Shown here piece after piece: positions 1-14,800 of a stretch of DNA of 64,000 bases. Under the pieces are notes generated by a model. It had not been told where the DNA came from. It worked only from the letters and a program-made list of their open reading frames with translations, and ran no database searches. Location: the NCBI RefSeq assembly GCF_009914755.1, contig NC_060926.1; one strand, given 5' to 3'. Source of the stretch: the human T2T-CHM13v2.0 reference genome, Homo sapiens. A program made the translations under genes and the position numbers. Positions within the stretch are counted from its first letter, which is position 1. Each line of letters begins with the position of its first letter.

Positions 1-21
1 ATGGAGAAAATTTAAAATGTC

Positions 22-426
22 TGATATAGTTTGGATATTTGTCCTCGCCCGAATCTCATGTTGAGTTGTAATCTCCAATGTTGGAGGAGGGGCCTGGTGA
101 GAGGTGTTTGGGTCATGGGGGCAGATCCCTTGTGGTTGGGGGCTGTCCTTGCCATAGCGAGTGGGTTGTCAACGAGACCTATTTGTTGTGAAGTGTGGCA
201 CTTCCCATCCCCCTGCTCTCGGTCTCTTGCTGATGTGATGTGCCTGTTCCCACTCTGTCTTCTGCCATAGGTAAAAGCTTCCTGAGGCCTCCCTAGTAGC
301 AGAACAAAGGCCAGCACCCTGCTTCCTGTACAACCTGCAGAACTGTGAGCCAATTAAATCTCTTTTCTTTACTAATTACCCAGTCTCAGGTATTTCTTTA
401 TAGCAATGCAAGAACAGCCTAATACA
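22..426 (+). mobile_element. MaLR solo LTR, MST family (MSTA/MSTB-like)
   Basis: Starts TGATATAGTTTGGATATTTGTCC, contains CCTGCAGAACTGTGAGCCAATTAAA and ends GAACAGCCTAATACA, typical MST termini. Confidence 0.85.
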
Positions 427-1618
427 ATACCTGAGCCACTACTGATCCCTTTTGCAATCACCCTGGGCAGTACAAACCTAGAAATAACCATTCTAAGTAA
501 GACCACCAGAAATGGCCAATATTTAACCATTTCTGACCCATAAAAAGAGAAAGTTCATATGGTTTAATTTAATATTATTCACATTGCATTTAAACATTTA
601 AATCTGGAAAACAGATTGACAAAAATTACCCAGATCTACCCAAAGGGTCTGCAGGTGCAGGAAGCAGACAGCTTAAAATGGTTTTATATTGTTTCATTTC
701 ATTTCACTTTAACCAAGAAGATTGCAATGATATACATTGTTGTAAATGCTTCCTTGTTTATGCTCATGTTTGGATAGCTACATCTGAGAATAGTGATGGA
801 ATTTCTTCCTCAGAAGAAATTGCAAGGAGAGTACTTCAACACTACAAAAGAGTCTGTCAGTAGAATTTAAGAATAATTGCATTAAATTCTCCAGAAATGG
901 ATAGCTGTTGTTTTAAATTTTCTGAGAAAACATTTAACACAGAGGAATAAATTATCTCAACTTGAATTTCTCTGATTGAGTGTCTCCATCAGTAAAGGGT
1001 GCTATTATGCCTGCCACTATAAGTTGACCCCAAAATACAAATTAAAATGTGTGAAGTGGAGGAATGATTATATTCTTTTAAAGTTTTCACTACATTTTAA
1101 TTTCTCAAGATAATTTGGTGGTTGTTGGTGTTGTTACAATAAAGGCATTCAGCAAATACATTATAAGTGAGCTTTACCATGCTGGAATTCCTCCTTAATG
1201 TATTTAACTGTATGTATGGAACTAGGTCATGCTCCATTGCCAAGATCGTAACAATTGTTATTTCAAAACAAAGGTGTGGCCATAAATAGTTTAAACATTG
1301 GCAATCTAGATCTTCCTCTTTTTAGTACTTAATTGCCATAAAATCAGAAATGCTCAGCACTTCAGGTCTTGCCTTTTAATTAAAAGTTTAAAATATATGC
1401 ATCATGAAAATGCCTTAAACATTGTATCAAGTCCAGGCCAATTAGGATCAGAGAATGTATTCAGAGATAGCTTTACCAGTTGACATTTCCAAAAGATTTC
1501 AACCTCTGATAAGGGAGGAAAAAAGAATATGGAGAGGAAAAAAATGTTCAATTGGCCATTCCTTGATTACTGAGCCATAACCATATAATTTTTTCAACAC
1601 AACAGTGGCAATGCAGGT

Positions 1619-1860
1619 TTTATTAGTCTACTCAGGTTGATATAACAAAAAACCACAGTCTGAGTAGCTTAAACAACAGACAATTATTTCACACAGTTCT
1701 AGAGGCTGGAAATCTAATATCAAAATGCTGGTGGATTTGGTTCTTGGTGACATCATCTCTCTGGCTTGTAGACATCTGCCTTCTCACTGTGTCCTCACAT
1801 GACGGGAGGAGAAAGAGAGAGGACTCTGGTTTTTCTTTGTCTTATAAGAGCACTAGTGTC
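1619..1860 (-). mobile_element. MLT1A/B-type MaLR LTR, first part (split by L1)
   Basis: GCTTAAACAACAGA...CACAGTTCTAGAGGCTGGAAATCTAATATCAAA is the MLT1 minus-strand signature; the element resumes at 3783. Confidence 0.8.
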
Positions 1861-2266
1861 TTAAATTTAAGTCCTTGATCCATCTTGAGTTGATTTTTGT
1901 ATAAGGTGAGAGATGAGGATCCGGTTTCATTCTCCTACATGTAGCTTGGCAATTATCCCAGCACTGTTTGTTGAATAGGGTGTCCTTTTCCCACTTTATG
2001 TTTTTGTTTGCTTTGTCAAAGATCAGTTGGCCATAAGTATTTGGGTTTCTTTCTGGGTTCTCTATTCTGTCCCATTGGTCTATGTGCCTATTTTTATACC
2101 AGTACCATGCTGTTTTGGTGACTATAGCCTTATAGTATAGTTTGAAGTCAGGTAATGTGATGCCTCCCGATTTGTTCTTTTTGCTTAGTCTTGCTTGGGC
2201 TATGAGGGCTCTTTTTCGGTTCTATATGAATTGTAGGATTGTCTTTTCTAGTTCTGTGAAGAATGA
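1861..2266 (-). mobile_element. L1PB-type LINE-1, inverted 5' segment (ORF2 fragment)
   Basis: Antisense L1 ORF2 (TATAGTTTGAAGTCAGGTAATGTGATGCCTCC...TTCTGTGAAGAATGA); orientation flips near 2267. Confidence 0.9.
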
Positions 2267-2269
2267 GGG

Positions 2270-3423
2270 AAAATTTCTGGAATATAACATCAGAAAAACC
2301 CTTCTAGACATTGGCTTAGGCAAAGACTTCATGACCAAGAACCCAAAAGCAAGTGTAACAAAAACAAAGATAAATAGGTGGGACTTAATTAAACTAAAGA
2401 GCTCCTGCACAGCAAAAGGAACAGTCAGCAGAGTAAACAGACAACCCACAGAATGGGAGAAAATCTTCACAATCTGTATATTCAACAAAGGACTAATATC
2501 CTTTGTTATTATCCTTTGTTCATAGTTATGAATCTACTATGAACTCAAACAAATTAGCAAGAAAAAAAATACCATCAAAAAGTGGGCTAAGGACATGAAT
2601 AGACAATTTGCAAAAGGAGACATACAAATGTCCAACAAATGTGTGAAAAAAGTGCTCAACATCACTAATGATCAGGAAAATGCAAATCAAAACCACAATG
2701 TGATAACCACATTACTCCTGCAAGAATGGCCATAATTAAAAAATAATGGATGTTGGTGTGGATGCAGTATAACGGGAACACTTCTACCCTGCTGGTGGGA
2801 ATGTAAACTAATAAAACCACTGTGGAAAGCAGTGTGGAGATTCCTTAATGTACAAAAAGTAGAACTACCATTTGATCCAGAAATCCTACTACTTGGTATC
2901 TACCCAGAGGAAAAGAAGTCATTATACAAAAATGATACTTGCACACGCATGTTTATAGCAGCACAATTTGCAATTGCAAAAATACGGATCCACCCCAAAT
3001 GCCTATCAATCAACGAGTGGATATAAAAATTATGATTATATATACATATATATATGATAGAATACTACTCAACCATAAAAAGGAACAAGTTAATGGCATT
3101 TGCAGCAACCTGGATGGAACTGGAGACTATTATTCTAAGTGAAATAACTCAGGAATGGAAAACCAAACATCATATATTCTCACTTATAAGTGGGAGCTAA
3201 GCTATGAAGTTGCCAAGGCATAAGAATAATACAATGGATATTGGGGACTCAGAGGGAAAGGGTGGGACGGGAGTGACAGATAAAAGACTACAAATTGGGT
3301 TCAGTGTATAATGCTTGGGTATACCAAATCTCAGAAATCACCACTAAAGAACTTATGTAACCAAATACCACCTCTTCTCCAAAAACCTATGGAAATAAAA
3401 AATTTTAAAAAAACAAAATAAAT
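2270..3423 (+). mobile_element. L1PB1-like LINE-1, ORF2 3' end and 3' UTR
   Basis: ORF track gives L1 ORF2 peptides ([29 protein letters not shown]...LLGIYP, TCTRMFIAAQF); 3' UTR GGCATAAGAATAATACAATGGA...CCAAAAACCTATGGAAATAAAA; TSD ATAAG(A/G)GCACTAGTGTC at 1844-1860 and 3766-3782. Confidence 0.9.
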
Positions 3424-3735
<312 letters not shown>

Positions 3736-3782
3736 AAATAAATAAAACTGACAAAAAATAAATTAATAAGGGCACTAGTGTC

Positions 3783-3918
3783 ATCCTGAGGATCTAAACC
3801 TTATAATCTCATCTAAAGCTAGCTATCTCCCAAAGTCCCCACCTCTAAACATCATCCCATTGGGGGTTAGGGCTTCAACATGTGAATTTGAAAGATAGAC
3901 ACAATTCAGACCAAAGCA
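3783..3918 (-). mobile_element. MLT1A/B-type LTR, second part
   Basis: CATTGGGGGTTAGGGCTTCAACATGTGAATTTG...ACACAATTCAGACCAAAGCA is the MLT1 5' end in reverse. Confidence 0.8.
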
Positions 3919-3930
3919 CTGATTAACAGC

Positions 3931-3965
3931 AAAAAAAAAAAAAAAAAAAAAAACAAAAAAAAAAA
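3931..3965 (+). repeat. poly(A) tract
   Basis: About 35 nt of A interrupted by one C. Confidence 0.9.
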
Positions 3966-5444
3966 CAGTTAAAAGATCTAATTTCATCTTAGAATACAGC
4001 TTTCTATAGATATTAATTTAACAAGTATTAATAAAACACAGAGACGGTCATTTTAAAACTAAGGTCCTGAATGTCCTTCTGTACATATATTGCATCTTTA
4101 GCAAACTATGGCCACACACGAAGAAGCTTACATTATCTTTCTCTTTGAGCAGTTATATTTCCTTTCTTTCTACTCACTGTCTGTAGCTGTTTGTGTGTGT
4201 GTGTGTGGGTGGGGGGGAGGTTGTTTATTAGTTTAACAATTTGGCTCAGTGTGCTAAAAATAGCCTATGTGCACTGCTTTTCCTTTTAGCTTTATTGTTG
4301 CACACTAATTTTTAATTGTCTTTGAGACTAGGAAAATCTCCTGTGAATGCAGTGAGCACAATTGATGGAAGCCGACGAGCAGATTGACGCAACCCTAGAT
4401 ATGGGGCCACAGTTCTGATGGCTTCAGCACTACCACTTCTTAATCATATGTCCTTTTGGAATTTATTTCTGCCCATGCAGAATCTGGATATTAAATGCTC
4501 AAGTTGCTATAGTTAGATAGACTCTATTTTTAGTAACAGACTGTTTTCCTGAGATACATACAGCTGCTCCTTAACACTGGAAGCCTTTTTCACAAAGCTC
4601 ATATTCTCGTCCTTCCTTTTTAATGCCCAATAGGCTTAGGAGGGAAAATACAAACAGGGGTTATATTTAGTTTTCTACTCAGCTATGTCAAGCCCTAAAT
4701 CTAGAGGAAGTTATAAATACACTACGAGGAAAATGCTCCCATTTCCTTTTAAGAAGCATTTTAATACCACAGAGCATTGTGGTATAAAAAGTAGAGAGGA
4801 GCCTGTATTAAAGTAAGAGGGTAAGTAAATTAAAATTAGACTTTTTGAAGACATTGTCCTGTATGTGGAGCTGACGTTCACACTGGGTAATATTGAGAGC
4901 CCAGGATATAGCAGGTACCCATTAAATCTTTGTGGAATGTAGAAGGATTCATGCTGTGTAGCACGTACTCAAAAAGGGTTGATTGCTTGAATGAATATAT
5001 CATTTTGTATTGTTTACTCTTTGAGATCACAGAGAACACTCTCTGAAGTAAATTCCCTGAAGAAGGTGAGCATTGCAAAACCACAAACTATTCCACACAT
5101 CCCCAGCAATGGATCTAACAGTCAGCATTTGCAAGTTGTCTCAGCTGCTTCCTCTGTGGTAAGGAGCTTTCATTAACACCAACAGAAGAGGCATTCCCTG
5201 CATTTGGAACCCCTGGTTCCTTAACACTCGGAAACCTGCTGCCAGCCAGTGGTCTTGCAGCCAATCCCACCTCACTCCTCACCTGCTTTTAACTCATTTC
5301 CTAAGCTCTCTTGGGGACCTGGTGATGGGCACCAGAAATCAATGTAACACTCCCCTTCAGCACCTCTTTTCATCCTTCTCAAAAGACTCCTACACCCCAT
5401 GGTCACCCACCTTTCCATCTCTCACCCCACACAGGCACTAAGTC

Positions 5445-5710
5445 TATCATAATGGAAGGGGCAAGGGCTTTGGCAGTCAGGAGGCTTGGTGTAAATCCAG
5501 ACTGCTTTTACCTGGAGGAGGTGGGATATACACTGAGTGAGCTGTTTAATCTCTAAACTTTGGTTTCTCCATCTGAGGAATAAAGGGAAAACACCTACCT
5601 ACTTCAGACGGTTGTCATGAGAATTACATGAAATAATTAATGTAAATTATCTTGTCCAGCCCCTGGTGATGGGTGGAAGTGCTCTGTCAGTGAGGATGGT
5701 TATTATTATT
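5445..5710 (+). mobile_element. MIR SINE
   Basis: Degenerate MIR core (TTTAATCTCTAAACTTTGGTTTCTCCATCTG...GTTGTCATGAGAATTACATGAAATAA) and TATTATTATT tail. Confidence 0.7.
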
Positions 5711-6849
5711 CACAAGTCTGTGAATTTCACCTCCAGCAGCCATCCTAAATTTTGACACTTTCCTTTTTTCTTTCTTTCAACTTCTGTCCATTATATATCA
5801 GTTCCTTTCTTCTTCTCAATGTTTCTTTCTCTCCTTCTCTTTGTTCCACTCACAAATCAAAATAAGGCTACTTAGTGAGTCTAAGAACAGCATTACTAAC
5901 ATGCCTACAAATAAGAAAAGCTAAGCCATCAACTTTGAAATGAAATATTTGGAGCAAAATATAGGGTTAGAATAAATAAATGCAAACACCCTTAAAAATG
6001 AGCCCAGAATATTCAAAATGTCTTCTTCAGAATGACCCCAGAAGTTTCCATCTAATTCTAAGCTTAATCTGCTTTTCACTGAGCAGTCAACACTTAAAAA
6101 CAAAACAAAACAAAAGCTAGTTTCATTTAATGTTTATATCTTTTTTGGAGAGTAGTATTAGTGAGTTAATATCGCTGGGTTTTGATGTGGGTTTCCATTA
6201 ACTACTATTCCACAGAAGCATTTTCTAATATTTTTATTATACATATACCACTCTTCAGCCCCATCATGGGCAAAATCGACTACCATGGATTAGGATTAGC
6301 CTTGGAAACCAGCAAATTATGAAAGTGCTTCCATAACATAGCATGTTCCAAATTCCAAATAAGTGACTTACAGTCACGTATGGACTGACCTGGTAGCAAG
6401 TTGGGACGTGCCTTTTTAAACATTTTCTCACACTGAGCACATCTTCCTCTATCTGTTATTGTTTTCCTAATATGTGGCTTGGAAGGGAGTTAGACAGCTC
6501 TCCAACACCGACGGAAGTGCGGAAACCCAGCATCCAAAAAATGACTGGCAGTGGTAAAATGGTCTACTGGCTGAAACATACCACTTTTCATCACAGCAAA
6601 TGTTTGGCCAAGAAATAATCATCAGTCTTTCTCCAGGAACACCTGTAACCTCGGGGTTTTTTTCTTTTCTTTTTTTAATGAGAGTGTTATTATACTGCAG
6701 AAACACGTCTTATTTTATGATCAGCCTTGCAGCTTCACGAGAAAAGTTCATGGAAACTCCCAATACATTAAAAACATGCACTTGACATTCTCTCCACAAT
6801 TTTTACTTGTACATGAAGCAGGTGCTCACATTCCTGCTGCTGTTTTTCT

Positions 6850-7042
6850 AGGACTGTGCTGTCCAATATAGACTCCACCAAACATACATGGCTATTTAAA
6901 TGTAAGTGAATTATAAATAAGTAAAACTAAACATTCAGTTCTTCAGGTTCAGTAACCACATGTGGCTTGTGGCTACCACGTTGGACAATGCAAATTTAGA
7001 ATATTTCCTTTATTGAGGAAAGTTTTATGGAGATCTACACTG
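6850..7042. mobile_element. MER3-like hAT-Charlie DNA transposon
   Basis: GTGCTGTCCAATATAG...CCACATGTGGCTTGTGGCTACCACGTTGGACAATGCA...GAAAGTTTTATGG. Confidence 0.7.
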
Positions 7043-9051
7043 TCCCTATATGATACACGCTTGCAAGGAAACTTTACTGTTCTTCACCAGTGTTCAAATA
7101 AAGCCCTCTTGATTTTAGTACATGACTACTTTGAATGTCCCAGTTTGTCACACAAGAAAGCCATCACTCTGCTCTTCTAACTTAGTAGCTTGTTGCTTCA
7201 GAAAGATGTAAAGCCACAGATTCAGACTTCTTTCTTACACAACGCAGAAGGCAATGAGCAGGCAGGGAGTCAATCTTTGTTCTAACCCACTTTGTTAGCA
7301 GGCAAATTGGGCAAGGACAACAATCTAGTTATCATGTTCTCCCTAAATGCAACAGGGATTACGTATATAGCCAAGGTCATAACACAGCTCTGCGAAGAAA
7401 GCTTCCCCAGTTTCCTGTATGACATTTATGACACTTACAAAAATGCCTCTTGACATTTTCAAAAACTTCAGCACATGGACCACCTGCTCAGGAAGGGAAG
7501 TCAGATAACAGAAAACTATTTCCGCAAAAGACTGGGCCAGTCTTCTGCAGTGGTCATCTCAGCTCAAGCACAAGAAATATTCTTCTGACCTACTTCCTTT
7601 TATGATTTGGATACAAATTTCCACCTTCTAAAAGCCATCTATTAAATTTGGTATCCCAGTAAGTGTTTTTATTAAATGTGAGTTGAGCTGCCTTTCACTT
7701 AACTCTACCATGAGCTTATTAAATTAAATAAAAATTGTAAAGAAGATCAAAGTTCCTTCTTTTAATTCCTTTAGATCCTTTGGGGAGACCACTGTTTATC
7801 TCTGTAAAGTTCAAGTCTGCGTAACTCTAAGTCAGCCAAATCTGACATCCAACCATGGAATCTTGCGGAGACCATTTCCTCCTCCTTTCTCAGTCTTCAT
7901 ATTCCCATTCCCTGCCCAGACTACAGTTTGGAAGTTGTTGAATGAATTCACAAGTACTACCATTTGCACTTTCACACACTGTTTAAAGGCAGAAGTATCA
8001 GATTTCTCAGCACTGTGAAGAAGTTGGCAACTACTTCAAAGCAATTTCGAAGCATCTATTACATTATTAAGCAAGGGCAATAATGATCTACAAACTGCCA
8101 ACCAGCTCATGTTTTCCTTTCCTTCCTGCATTTCATTGCAAATACCGTGGTCTCTATTTTCCTGTTTGAACACCAGTTATTACGTTGCCTTTAAAATTAT
8201 AGATCTGACAGCAATCACAAATAAGAGCTAAAACCACATAGCTAAATGACTTGCACAGCTATGAGAGCTGTGGTGGGGTAGAAAAGTCTGCTGTGAAATA
8301 ATTTGTCTTTTGTTGTTTTGTGTAGCAGTATGTACTTTGTTCCCCCCTCCTTCTTTTCTGCCCTCTATTTCTACAGATACTGTGAGACTCAGTAATAGCC
8401 CATTACAAATGGTCAATCCCTGCAGTAACTTGGCAGATCTTTAACTGAGTGTTTCCATTTGGTGCAACATTTGCTAAAACCCAAGTAAAGATGATATGAG
8501 TACAAATATGCTGTCCTATATTCAAGGAATATACAGCCCAAACTTGGAAACAAGTCTAACCCACATTAAGCAGCAATGAAAAATGCTGGAATAATTACGT
8601 GTGAATTTGGGAAAATGAATCATCCTCCTTGGCCCCCTTTCTATTGTAATGCCTTATAAATTCCAGGACTGTATAACTAGTGGGCTCCTGTATGCCTTAC
8701 AGGCTGTAAGTTGCAGATGTTAAGAGCCGAAGTGACAATTGAACTGCCATTCCTGAAACTTGACCTTGTCACTTTTCACAAGGCCTGTTCTTACGAAGTG
8801 ATCCCTTGCACTTAGAACCTATTTGTCAGCAGCTAGTGAAACTCTACCCTAGCTGATATCTACACTTACGTCTCCCCTCCCTGATAGTCCACACTGGTTA
8901 GATACATGGAGATGAATGACTTTCAAAGCCACAGTAACCAGGTCCACCTTTTCAATGTTATCCATTAGTATTTGGTCCTGTCAAAATTTTCTTCAAGTTT
9001 CCATAAAGGAAAGAAATTCCATGAATTCTAAATGTTTAATCTATTATTGAT

Positions 9052-9368
<317 letters not shown>

Positions 9369-9424
9369 TGGTCTTTCCATTTATTTGTAAAATAGGCATG
9401 GTTTAGCAATTATAATCCCTCTAC

Positions 9425-9447
9425 CACACACACACACACACACACAC
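9425..9447. repeat. (CA)n microsatellite
   Basis: About 11 CA units. Confidence 0.9.
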
Positions 9448-10490
9448 TCAAATCAAATGCTGGAGAATTTGGAAATAATATCTACCCAGGAAAGCAGAGG
9501 CAGGTAAAGTTTAGGGATTATCTATCAATATAGACAGTCATATGAGTATTTGAGAACTCAGGCCTGAGGCCAATGTCTATTTGATGAGTATACTTGGGTA
9601 TAGCAGAGCATAAGGGGATGGGAGAAGTGAAATGGGTCACTGAGTGTCTTCAAATATCCTATTCACAAGGTGGAGCCACCTCCTAACTGCTCCCTTTGAT
9701 TAAGGTCAGAGTCAAAGTTAAATACCTCCTTTGACCCAGCCGATAAAGCTCATCTAATAATTAAATAATGACCTGCAAAACTCCAATGGCATTTTATGAA
9801 AAATTGAAGTTAAAAGATGAATTTGTGTTATTTGTCCTACATTGTTCTTGGTCACAGGAATAATTTCTTGCCGTCACAAGTAATCTAAATTCAAAGGGGG
9901 TAAATCCCAATAACAATGGAAGCAGAGGAAACATTTCCATATGCAAAGGGCTAGCAAAAGGAGTTTGGAGAAATGATAGATGAGAACTGGAGTGTGAGGC
10001 CCTGAACGGTATTGGCTGGCTTGATCAGTCACTTTATTTACCCAGCTTGACCCTCAACTACTGTTGGCTTTTCTCAAAATATCATATATGTTCTTAGGCA
10101 GCAAGAAAGTTCAGAAGAACAAGTCACAGTCTCTGAAGATCATTTTCAGACAGCCATTTCAAAATGGTTGGGGCAAAGATAATATCATTGGGATGAGTTT
10201 TTAGTTTACAGTTTCCCAAGAAAACATTTCTAAATAACCCACACGTAAACACCTAATGACTGTTTCATGCCATGGTGCGCTTCCCAGTGCCACAGATTTG
10301 CACAGTCTTCCCCATAACTGATGTGCCCTCAGACACACACCACCCCTCTACCACCATCACCCCTGCCCCATAGGTCTCACTTCTTTCTCCTTAAATCTTG
10401 CACCGAAGGTTGAGTTCTGTGTTTTCCAGGAAACTTTTCCTGACGAAGAATCCTACCCTTTGTCAACTCATAGCCAAAGTTGATTGGATA

Positions 10491-10856
10491 TGTTACGGAC
10501 TGAAAGTTTGAGTCCTCCCAAAATGTATATGTTTAAATCCTAACCACAAACATCATGGTAGAAGGAGGTGGGGCCTGTAGGAGATAATTAAGGTTGTAAG
10601 AGTAGAGCCCTTGGGAATGGAATTAATGCCTTCATAAGAGTCCCTAGAGAGCTCTCTAACCCTATTTCCACCACATGAGCATAAAATAAGAAGTAGGAAA
10701 TCTGCAGGCTAGAAAAGGACCCTCACCAGAACCCAACCTTACTAGCACCATGGCCTCAAATTTCCAGCCTCCAGACCTATGACAATATATTCCTGTTGTT
10801 TATAAGCTACCCAGTCCAAAACACTTTCATTATAGCAAACCAAACAGACTAAGACA
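10491..10856 (+). mobile_element. MLT1A-type MaLR solo LTR
   Basis: TGTTACGGACTGAAAGTTTG...GGAGGTGGGGCCT...TTCCAGCCTCCAGA...CAAACAGACTAAGACA. Confidence 0.82.
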
Positions 10857-10899
10857 ATATTCCTTTAGCTAGTTCTCTTTTTCTACCAGAAATATCTCA

Positions 10900-11090
10900 T
10901 ATTCTTTTTCTATATTGCTCCTCAAACCTTGTTATTTATCTTTTCATACATTGTTTCATGTCTTCTTCCCCAATTAAATTGTAAGATATTTGAAGGCAAA
11001 GATCTCTGTTGGCCTTTATTATATTCACCATACAATCCAACACTATGCCTAGGTTGCAGTAGGCACTCAATAAATATGTATTAATTTATC
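10900..11090 (+). mobile_element. L2 3' end
   Basis: ATTGTAAGATATTTGAAGGCAAAGA...AGTAGGCACTCAATAAATATGT, the L2 terminus. Confidence 0.7.
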
Positions 11091-11229
11091 AGTTACAAGA
11101 AGACTCTTTTTTCACCTCACTCATATCTAATAATTTCTTCTTAAAATTTTTTGGATATGTAAAAAAATAAAAGAAAAACGCATAGGCCATTGGATATATT
11201 CTTAACTTTACACAAATGATACAACTTTC

Positions 11230-11560
11230 ATCCTTGCTTTCAGTCAACAAATATTTATTGGGCACCTCCTCTATGACAGCCATGATTCCAGATGCTGAGA
11301 ATACAACTGTGAAAGACTAGAGATTACCTTTTTAGTGAGGGGAATAGGGAGATTGTTGATTAATAATAATAATAACAAATAAAAAGTAAAATAGATATGA
11401 TGTCAGATAGTGACAGGTGCTAAGTAGAAAGAAAAAGACGTGGAAGAGGATTGGGGAAGATGGAATGGGGGCCCAGGCAGAGGGTACAATTTTAAATAGG
11501 GTGGTCAGGGAAGGCCTCAATAGGAGGGTGATGCTTGAGGAAAAACCTGACGAGAATGGG
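11230..11560 (-). mobile_element. L2 fragment
   Basis: TCAACAAATATTTATTGGGCACCTCCTCTATG...GTGGTCAGGGAAGGCCTC. Confidence 0.7.
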
Positions 11561-11759
11561 ATATCAACCCACGTAACATGTAGAGACCATGGAATATGCT
11601 CAAAGAAACAAGGATTCATACAAGTGGTTGTAGAAGTCCTTGGCATTTCAATGGGTTCTCTTCTGAGGCTGATGTTCCCTTTCTGGAGTCCCCAAGGTGA
11701 CTCCATATGCTTCTGTGCTTACTTCCACCCAAATATGAATCACTCTGTGACATTAATGT

Positions 11760-11902
11760 TTTATAATATGTCTCCCTCCAGAGACTGTGAGTTATTTGAA
11801 AGCAAGAGTTATCTCAATTATCAATACAAACCTCAGAGGATTTAACACAACTCTAAGTCAGCAGTGAGAAATCCATAAATGTTTGTTGATTATTGAATAA
11901 AT
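11760..11902 (+). mobile_element. L2 3' end fragment
   Basis: AGACTGTGAGTTATTTGAAAGCAAGAG...ATAAATGTTTGTTGATT. Confidence 0.55.
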
Positions 11903-11931
11903 CTTCATTCAGGTAAACAATTCATCTCTAA

Positions 11932-12300
<369 letters not shown>

Positions 12301-13626
12301 GATATATTTATTTTTTAATGTGAACATTTGGCAAACTTTTCTTGAAAAAGAATTAAATTTCTTATCAAAAGTCAAGTAAAGCTGGCCCCACTCCCTCTTT
12401 TGTCACTTCTGACTAGATCATAGAGAAGTCACCAAATATGGCTTTGAAACTGGGTAGCATATTTGCTACCCACTAAAGGAAGGACAGCTAGTACAAGAAG
12501 AGATAGTGCAGGTTCCCATAGGAAATTTTTAAACTAGTACACACAGTACTAATTTAGCCCTAGAGTTATTAACATGAAGAAAGAGTAAAAGTTCAAGTCA
12601 TCCAAACACACAAGGACAAGTGAGATGACAGTACAGCCTCCCTGGCATGATCACAGTTGTGTAGAGGCATCACTTTCTTGCTGGCTTTTAAGTGGGTGGG
12701 GAGGGTGGGCCCAAGGAGGGGAGGGGAATAGGAGGAATGCCAGTTTCTTCTAACATCTCATGAAGGAGAAGTTTTCTCTCTTTTAGCTCATCTTCGTTCT
12801 TTCCCTTAATGACTATTAGGACCTCCAAACCTGAGCAGTCTAGCAGTCTGCCATCCTGGTCATCTGTCCAGAATGGTTGGAGAAAGGCTATCCATTGAGC
12901 AGCCCTGAAGGCTGACATCAACTCCCCACTAATGAGCTTCCTAGTGACAAAGTATCCTATGGAAGTGTATTCCGATCAAGGAAAATCTATTGTAATTAGA
13001 GTTTATATAGCAAGCCAAACAAAGTCATTTGGTATCACTCAATACCCAACTGTGAGCATTGCACAGTGTCTCTTGAAGTGCTTCAACAGAACACAGATGA
13101 CTCAGGGGCTCCCCCGTATGCTCCTTGGCCCTGAGCTGGTGTGACAGTTCCAGGGAAATCTGCTGCTGGCTTCCAGCCAGTCAGGATCCTGCCTGCTAGG
13201 ACTGTTCTAGTCAGTTAGTTGGCCGGGTCCAGTTGTTGTCTTAGTGGTAGCTCTCTGCCATCCCCAGTGGTGATAAGGTGTCTGGTAAAGGCTGCTACAG
13301 AGGCCCCCCACAGCCACTCTCAACCCTCCTGACTCATCTGGTTTCCCTCCTATTGACTGGACTATTTTCTGTGCGTGCATCCTTCAGATTGGCAAATGAA
13401 GCTAGATGGTTTTATCTGATTTTATTTCTGTTCTACCCTAGATGCTACTTCCTTCAGTTACTAAGCATTAGCACCAAGGGCACGAGATGGCCATCCCTGG
13501 CCCTCTCAGTACCATCCAACAAGTGTCCCAGGCTACTGCTCAACTAGGAGGGACATGCAGGAAGCATCATCTATGACCCCACATCAAAAAACAAAACAAA
13601 ACAAAACAAATGAGATACAATGTATC

Positions 13627-13943
<317 letters not shown>

Positions 13944-14417
13944 TTATATGACAGTAGAAATCTGTCTTTTTTTTCATTCTAAGGCATACTCTAAGCCAAG
14001 GAATAGTGTACAGAGAATCAGCTATGTGCTCCTAGATGCTCTGGGCTGAGTGTGGCCAACACACCAGAGAGAAATGGATGTCCTGTTCAGATGAGTTGGC
14101 ACAAGGTAGATGGGGACATGATTTTGCCAATTTATTATAAAGACAAATATTTTGAAGGAGGTAATCATGGGGTAGCTCAGGAAGATTCTTAAGTCTCATT
14201 TGTCTATGAACTTGAAGCTCTGCCTTTAGGGAGCAGTGAATATTATGAGGCAGCGTGGAGATTATCTCTAAACCAGTAGGCAGAGACCCCTGAAGCATAG
14301 ATTTCCAGGAGGATTGGAGCTGGGCTTGAAATTTTAATTCTTTATTTTATAGGTGAAAAACCAAGGCCTTGGAAAGTTAAAAGATGACCACCAAGACTTC
14401 TGCTGGAGCTTTTCTGT

Positions 14418-14472
14418 CTTTCTTTCTCTCCTTTTTCAGACACAGAGTCTCTCTCTGCTGCCCAGGCTAGAG
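14418..14472 (-). mobile_element. Severely 5'-truncated Alu (3' end plus decayed tail)
   Basis: CT-rich tail then CAGAGTCTCTCTCTGCTGCCCAGGCTAGAG. Confidence 0.65.
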
Positions 14473-14490
14473 CTGCTGGAGTTTGTCTCC

Positions 14491-14800
<310 letters not shown>

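Noticed and set aside
2142-3142. ORFs resembling reverse transcriptase/ORF2p
   Set aside because: Fragments of a truncated, inverted, frameshifted L1PB copy.
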